Of a stretch of DNA of 30,507 bases, positions 27,456-30,507 are shown piece after piece. Source of the DNA: a virus (taxonomy: Duplodnaviria; Caudoviricetes); the IMG/VR virus record IMGVR_UViG_3300030330_005611, positions 1 to 30,507 of that record. One strand, 5' to 3'. A program made the translations under genes and the position numbers. How positions within the stretch are numbered: position 1 is the first letter of the stretch; each line of letters begins with the position of its first letter. The notes under the pieces are model-generated. The model searched no databases and had not been told where the DNA came from. It worked only from the letters and a program-made list of their open reading frames with translations.

Positions 27456-29525
27456 TTAGTAACCGCCGCCTGAGCCCGAAGGTGTTGATGACCCACCAGA
27501 AGTTCCTGAAGTTGTAGTTGCACCAGCAAAAGAACTATTAGTAGAAGTAGTTGTAGATGCTGTTGTAGATGCTACCGTGCTTGTAAGACTTGCAGGACCT
27601 CCAACACGAACTAAATTGCCTTCTGCATACGAAGAAGAAACAATGTAATTTGATGCTGATGGGTCAAGTCCCGATGCGATTTCGTCTGATACCATTTCGA
27701 ACGTACTGTTACTAGTATCTAGTTGCAAATAAAGGTCCTGTAATCCGACAACATCGTTTGATAGCGGTGTTGCTTGAATTTCTATGACCTGTTGACCATC
27801 TTTTTCCATTCCTGCAAGGATGTTCGTTGCATTAATGGTTACAATGCCATTTACATAGTCAACAGTTCCTACATTAGATCTTATGATCGTTGGACTTTGA
27901 GATCCTGCATTAGGAACAGTGAAGAAAAACAGAGATCCAGTCAGTCCATTCGAATTTGGTACATCACTAATATAAACAGTTTCAGGAATTCCAAAAACTC
28001 TAAATCCACTGGACTTTATGTTGTAACCATCTGTATTTGCAATGTGGAATTGATTACCAAATCCAATTTGATACTCTGCAATAGTATTAGGTACAACTCT
28101 TAAATCTCTTCTCATCTTTACAACAGTAATGTTTGAAGTTACTGCTTCATGACTGTCGTCAACTACTTTCAAGAATTTACTATACTTAAATCGAGCACCA
28201 TACTTATTTAATTCAGTAGAATTGGCGTACTTAGAAGCATTATTAGAAACTACTGTTGAAACATCAGCAGCTGATGGCGCTAAATTTGTGTTATAGTAAA
28301 CTTTTGAACTTACTTCAAGGAAAAGATATTTAAGATCTAAGATTTCAGGTACAACACCTGCTACTGCATACTTCTTTAACTTTAGTTTGATATTATCTTT
28401 AATTAAGTTTGGAAGGAAATCTCCAAATCTAGGTTTGATACTAATAAAGACCTTTCCATACTGTGGAGGGATTAACTCTTCTCCACCAAACACAGAAATA
28501 GACTCTGTATCAGGATATATCTTTGCAGGAATCAGTGTTTCATAATCATCTGCAGTTACTGCACGATTTTGAGTTGAATAAACCTTTGGTGCATACTTTC
28601 TGACAGATTCAACCTCTTCAATTGCTGATCCACCTCTAGAGCTAAACTCAGGTGTTAAGAGTGATATACCCTCTGTTACTGTATGTTCAATTCCGTCTCT
28701 TACATATGTCAATCTGCCGTTAAAAGCAAATTGAGAGAATCCATTTCCAGCATCTCCATTAGTTACCAAGTAAGTAACTGTAACATAGTTCTGATCATCA
28801 AGTTTTTTACCGAAAACTCCGTCTCCAAAGAATAATTCATATCTTTCATCTGCTACTTCTTGTAAGAAGTAAACTTTTGAATCTGAACCAATGTAAAATA
28901 AGTTATCTTGTAAAGAATACTTTACCGTTGCTGTTGATGCTACATTGTTTTTAACACCAACTCTAATTAAATCAGTGTCAATCCCTGCATTTGGTAAAAT
29001 AAACTTTTGCTGAGGGTTTCTGGCACTATAAGTAAAGTTCTTCTCTACAACTGTTCCCTCATAAACAGGAATTTCATTAAAAGCAGCGATCCCATTGACC
29101 ACAGGAACGGTTATATCGTCTAAAATGCAGAATGACCCACTACTACCACCAAAGACGCCTCTAGACGCTGCTACAGTCCCTTTACGGAGGGTTATAGACG
29201 CTGGTTTGGGTGTTATGTTAGTTGCATTAACAATAAACGATACTGAAGTTGTTGCTGCTTTTCTTGATCTGGGAGTATATCCAATATTTCTTGCTAATGC
29301 AACTACATTTTCTCTTAAAGTTGCACTATCGATAAAAACTTCGTTTGCTACCATATTAGCATTATACGAAGTAATGTACGTATTGTATGCTAATACATCT
29401 AGAATGGTTGATAAGTTAGAACCTTCAAAGTCATAGTCCGTAAAATTGGAATTTGACTTTAAATATTCTTTGAGTGTAGTTTTGACTTCCTCAAAGTCTA
29501 AATTTGTAAAATTTACTAGTGACAT
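27456..29525 (-). CDS. gp6: Baseplate wedge subunit (T4 gp6-like), 689 aa
   Basis: Motifs FTDYDFEGSNLSTILDVLAYNTY, FIDSATLRENVVALARNIGYTPRS, YELFFGDGVFGKKL, QNRAVTADDY and YGKVFISIKP. Confidence 0.94.
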   Translation of the reverse strand: MSLVNFTNLDFEEVKTTLKEYLKSNSNFTDYDFEGSNLSTILDVLAYNTYITSYNANMVANEVFIDSATLRENVVALARNIGYTPRSRKAATTSVSFIVNATNITPKPASITLRKGTVAASRGVFGGSSGSFCILDDITVPVVNGIAAFNEIPVYEGTVVEKNFTYSARNPQQKFILPNAGIDTDLIRVGVKNNVASTATVKYSLQDNLFYIGSDSKVYFLQEVADERYELFFGDGVFGKKLDDQNYVTVTYLVTNGDAGNGFSQFAFNGRLTYVRDGIEHTVTEGISLLTPEFSSRGGSAIEEVESVRKYAPKVYSTQNRAVTADDYETLIPAKIYPDTESISVFGGEELIPPQYGKVFISIKPRFGDFLPNLIKDNIKLKLKKYAVAGVVPEILDLKYLFLEVSSKVYYNTNLAPSAADVSTVVSNNASKYANSTELNKYGARFKYSKFLKVVDDSHEAVTSNITVVKMRRDLRVVPNTIAEYQIGFGNQFHIANTDGYNIKSSGFRVFGIPETVYISDVPNSNGLTGSLFFFTVPNAGSQSPTIIRSNVGTVDYVNGIVTINATNILAGMEKDGQQVIEIQATPLSNDVVGLQDLYLQLDTSNSTFEMVSDEIASGLDPSASNYIVSSSYAEGNLVRVGGPASLTSTVASTTASTTTSTNSSFAGATTTSGTSGGSSTPSGSGGGY

Positions 29526-29526
29526 T

Positions 29527-29928
29527 TTACCTTGTTGGTTGCAATACGAATTCTAATTGTTGTGGCGGGATATCAGCTCCTATAATGTCATATGTAATGA
29601 CAACATCAAATGAATTACCATCAATATTGGCATTTGCATCTACAGATCTTAATTTGACCCTAGGTTCATACCTATTAATTGATTCTTCAATCTGAGTTGA
29701 TATTTCAATTGCAGTTAATTCATCAGCATTCTCAAAAAGAGATTCAGTAATGCGAGATCCAAACCTTGGATTGAAGAATTTCTCCCCAGGATTCGTAAAA
29801 ACGATATTTTTTACTGATCTTGCGATTGCATTTTCATTTTTCATTGCAATCAGATCACTTGTCAGAGGATTAGTCTGAAAAGACATACTAATATCTTTAA
29901 ATCCTTGACTTATCCTTTCTAAAGGCAC
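29527..29928 (-). CDS. gp25: Baseplate wedge subunit (T4 gp25 / GPW family), 133 aa, GTG start
   Basis: FKDISMSF...NENAIARSVKNIVFTNPGEKFFNPRFGS...INRYEPRV is the gp25 signature; directly upstream of gp6. Confidence 0.93.
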   Translation of the reverse strand: MPLERISQGFKDISMSFQTNPLTSDLIAMKNENAIARSVKNIVFTNPGEKFFNPRFGSRITESLFENADELTAIEISTQIEESINRYEPRVKLRSVDANANIDGNSFDVVITYDIIGADIPPQQLEFVLQPTR

Positions 29929-29949
29929 AACAATACGGCAATTATGTAT

Positions 29950-29957
29950 TATTTATC
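29950..29957 (-). promoter_or_regulatory. Late promoter box GATAAATA upstream of gp25
   Basis: Intergenic, 21 nt before the gp25 GTG; probably drives gp25-gp6-gp7. Confidence 0.72.
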
Positions 29958-29974
29958 AAGGATTTTCATCATTT

Positions 29975-30157
29975 TTATTCGTAAAGTGGTTCAGGATCAC
30001 TAACAGTCTCAGTAACAGAGTATCCATCAGCAAAAATCTCACCTTCTTGTTGAAGTTTTTTCTTTTTTGGTGTTAAATCATCATTTGAAATCTCACGCAG
30101 CATCTTTTGATGCTGCTGATTTGCCAAATTATCCAAAAAATCGTGTTCGGTGCTCAT
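29975..30157 (-). CDS. Hypothetical protein, 60 aa
   Basis: AAGGA about 6 nt upstream of the ATG, its own late box, and co-directional packing between its neighbours. Translation begins MSTEHDFLDNLANQQHQKMLREISNDDLTPKKKK. Confidence 0.78.
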   Translation of the reverse strand: MSTEHDFLDNLANQQHQKMLREISNDDLTPKKKKLQQEGEIFADGYSVTETVSDPEPLYE

Positions 30158-30173
30158 ATTTTTCCTTTTTTGC

Positions 30174-30181
30174 TATTTATT
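30174..30181 (-). promoter_or_regulatory. Late promoter box AATAAATA upstream of the 60-aa gene
   Basis: The minus strand reads CAA TAA ATA G, overlapping the stop of the upstream gene, 16 nt before the ATG at 30157. Confidence 0.68.
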
Positions 30182-30506
30182 GAGGGTCTAAATGCCGCCC
30201 TTCTTGTGATTTGTACATTTCTTCTGGTTTTTCTTCTTCATTTTTGCGTTCTTTTGCTGTTTTCCAGAAATATTCGTCCTCTCTACCCATACCAAGTCGT
30301 TCAAAACCATTTTCAACACTATAATATTCAGTTGAAACCTTAAAATCAGGCATTTTTGGTTCTTCAGGTGTCAAACTATTGTCAAAAATACGCATTCTAT
30401 TGTTTGGATACAGTGCATACTGTCCATTATTCAATTCAATCAGGTTATGAGACTTATGTTCAGCTGGATTTTCACTTGTGGCATAGTCAATTACATCACA
30501 ATCCTG
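30177..30506 (-). CDS. Hypothetical phage protein, C-terminal part (5' end outside the window)
   Basis: The frame of the 85-aa track ORF stays open to the window edge (QDCDVIDYATSENPAEHKSHNLIELNNGQYALYPNNRMRIFDNSLTP...), so the TTG at 30434 is probably internal rather than the start. Confidence 0.82.
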   Translation of the reverse strand, partial: QDCDVIDYATSENPAEHKSHNLIELNNGQYALYPNNRMRIFDNSLTPEEPKMPDFKVSTEYYSVENGFERLGMGREDEYFWKTAKERKNEEEKPEEMYKSQEGRHLDPQ

Positions 30507-30507
30507 A

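Noticed and set aside
62-30343. Numerous plus-strand ORFs of 60-155 aa in the track (e.g. 62-394, 2374-2913, 8949-9335, 15055-15522, 18874-19221, 29095-29436)
   Set aside because: All lie antisense to well-supported minus-strand genes. Their translations look like codon mirror images, with no family motifs, so they are best read as shadow ORFs.
30432-30434. TTG start proposed by the track for the 85-aa ORF
   Set aside because: The frame is open to the window edge with protein-like sequence, so the gene is probably 5'-truncated.
1-30507. tRNA/ncRNA genes, rho-independent terminators, DGR-type template/variable repeats, invertible segments, stop-codon recoding
   Set aside because: All intergenic gaps are under 50 nt and lack GC-rich hairpins. 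I saw no long near-identical DNA repeats, reverse transcriptase or recombinase. Genes are full length in the standard code and end in TAA or TGA. This was a visual scan, so subtle structures could have been missed.

Overview
A T4-like myovirus virion-morphogenesis block, with every gene on the minus strand. Gene content and order match marine cyanomyoviruses (Kyanoviridae-type); the host is inferred from synteny and cannot be proven from this window. In transcription order (right to left): a 5'-truncated hypothetical gene, a 60-aa hypothetical, gp25, gp6, a 4263-aa gp7-like baseplate protein, gp8, a 2555-aa DUF4815/VrlC-like virion protein, three small genes (75, 55 and 128 aa), gp13, gp14, gp15, gp16 (small terminase), and a 3'-truncated coiled-coil repeat gene. 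Two genes missing from the supplied ORF track were recovered by hand. One is a 55-aa two-helix ORF (4999-5166) with a strong Shine-Dalgarno and an NblA-like sequence pattern. The other is a GTG-initiated ORF (<1-780) with a 77-aa internal repeat. Six T4-type late promoter boxes (N-[A/C]-TAAATA) lie just upstream of gene starts, and four of them overlap the previous gene's stop codon. The structural proteins share a small set of repeated beta modules across different genes. I found no RNA genes, CRISPR arrays, inteins, introns or mobile elements. Most of the window is known architecture; the NblA-like small gene is the best candidate for something unexpected, and it is unconfirmed.
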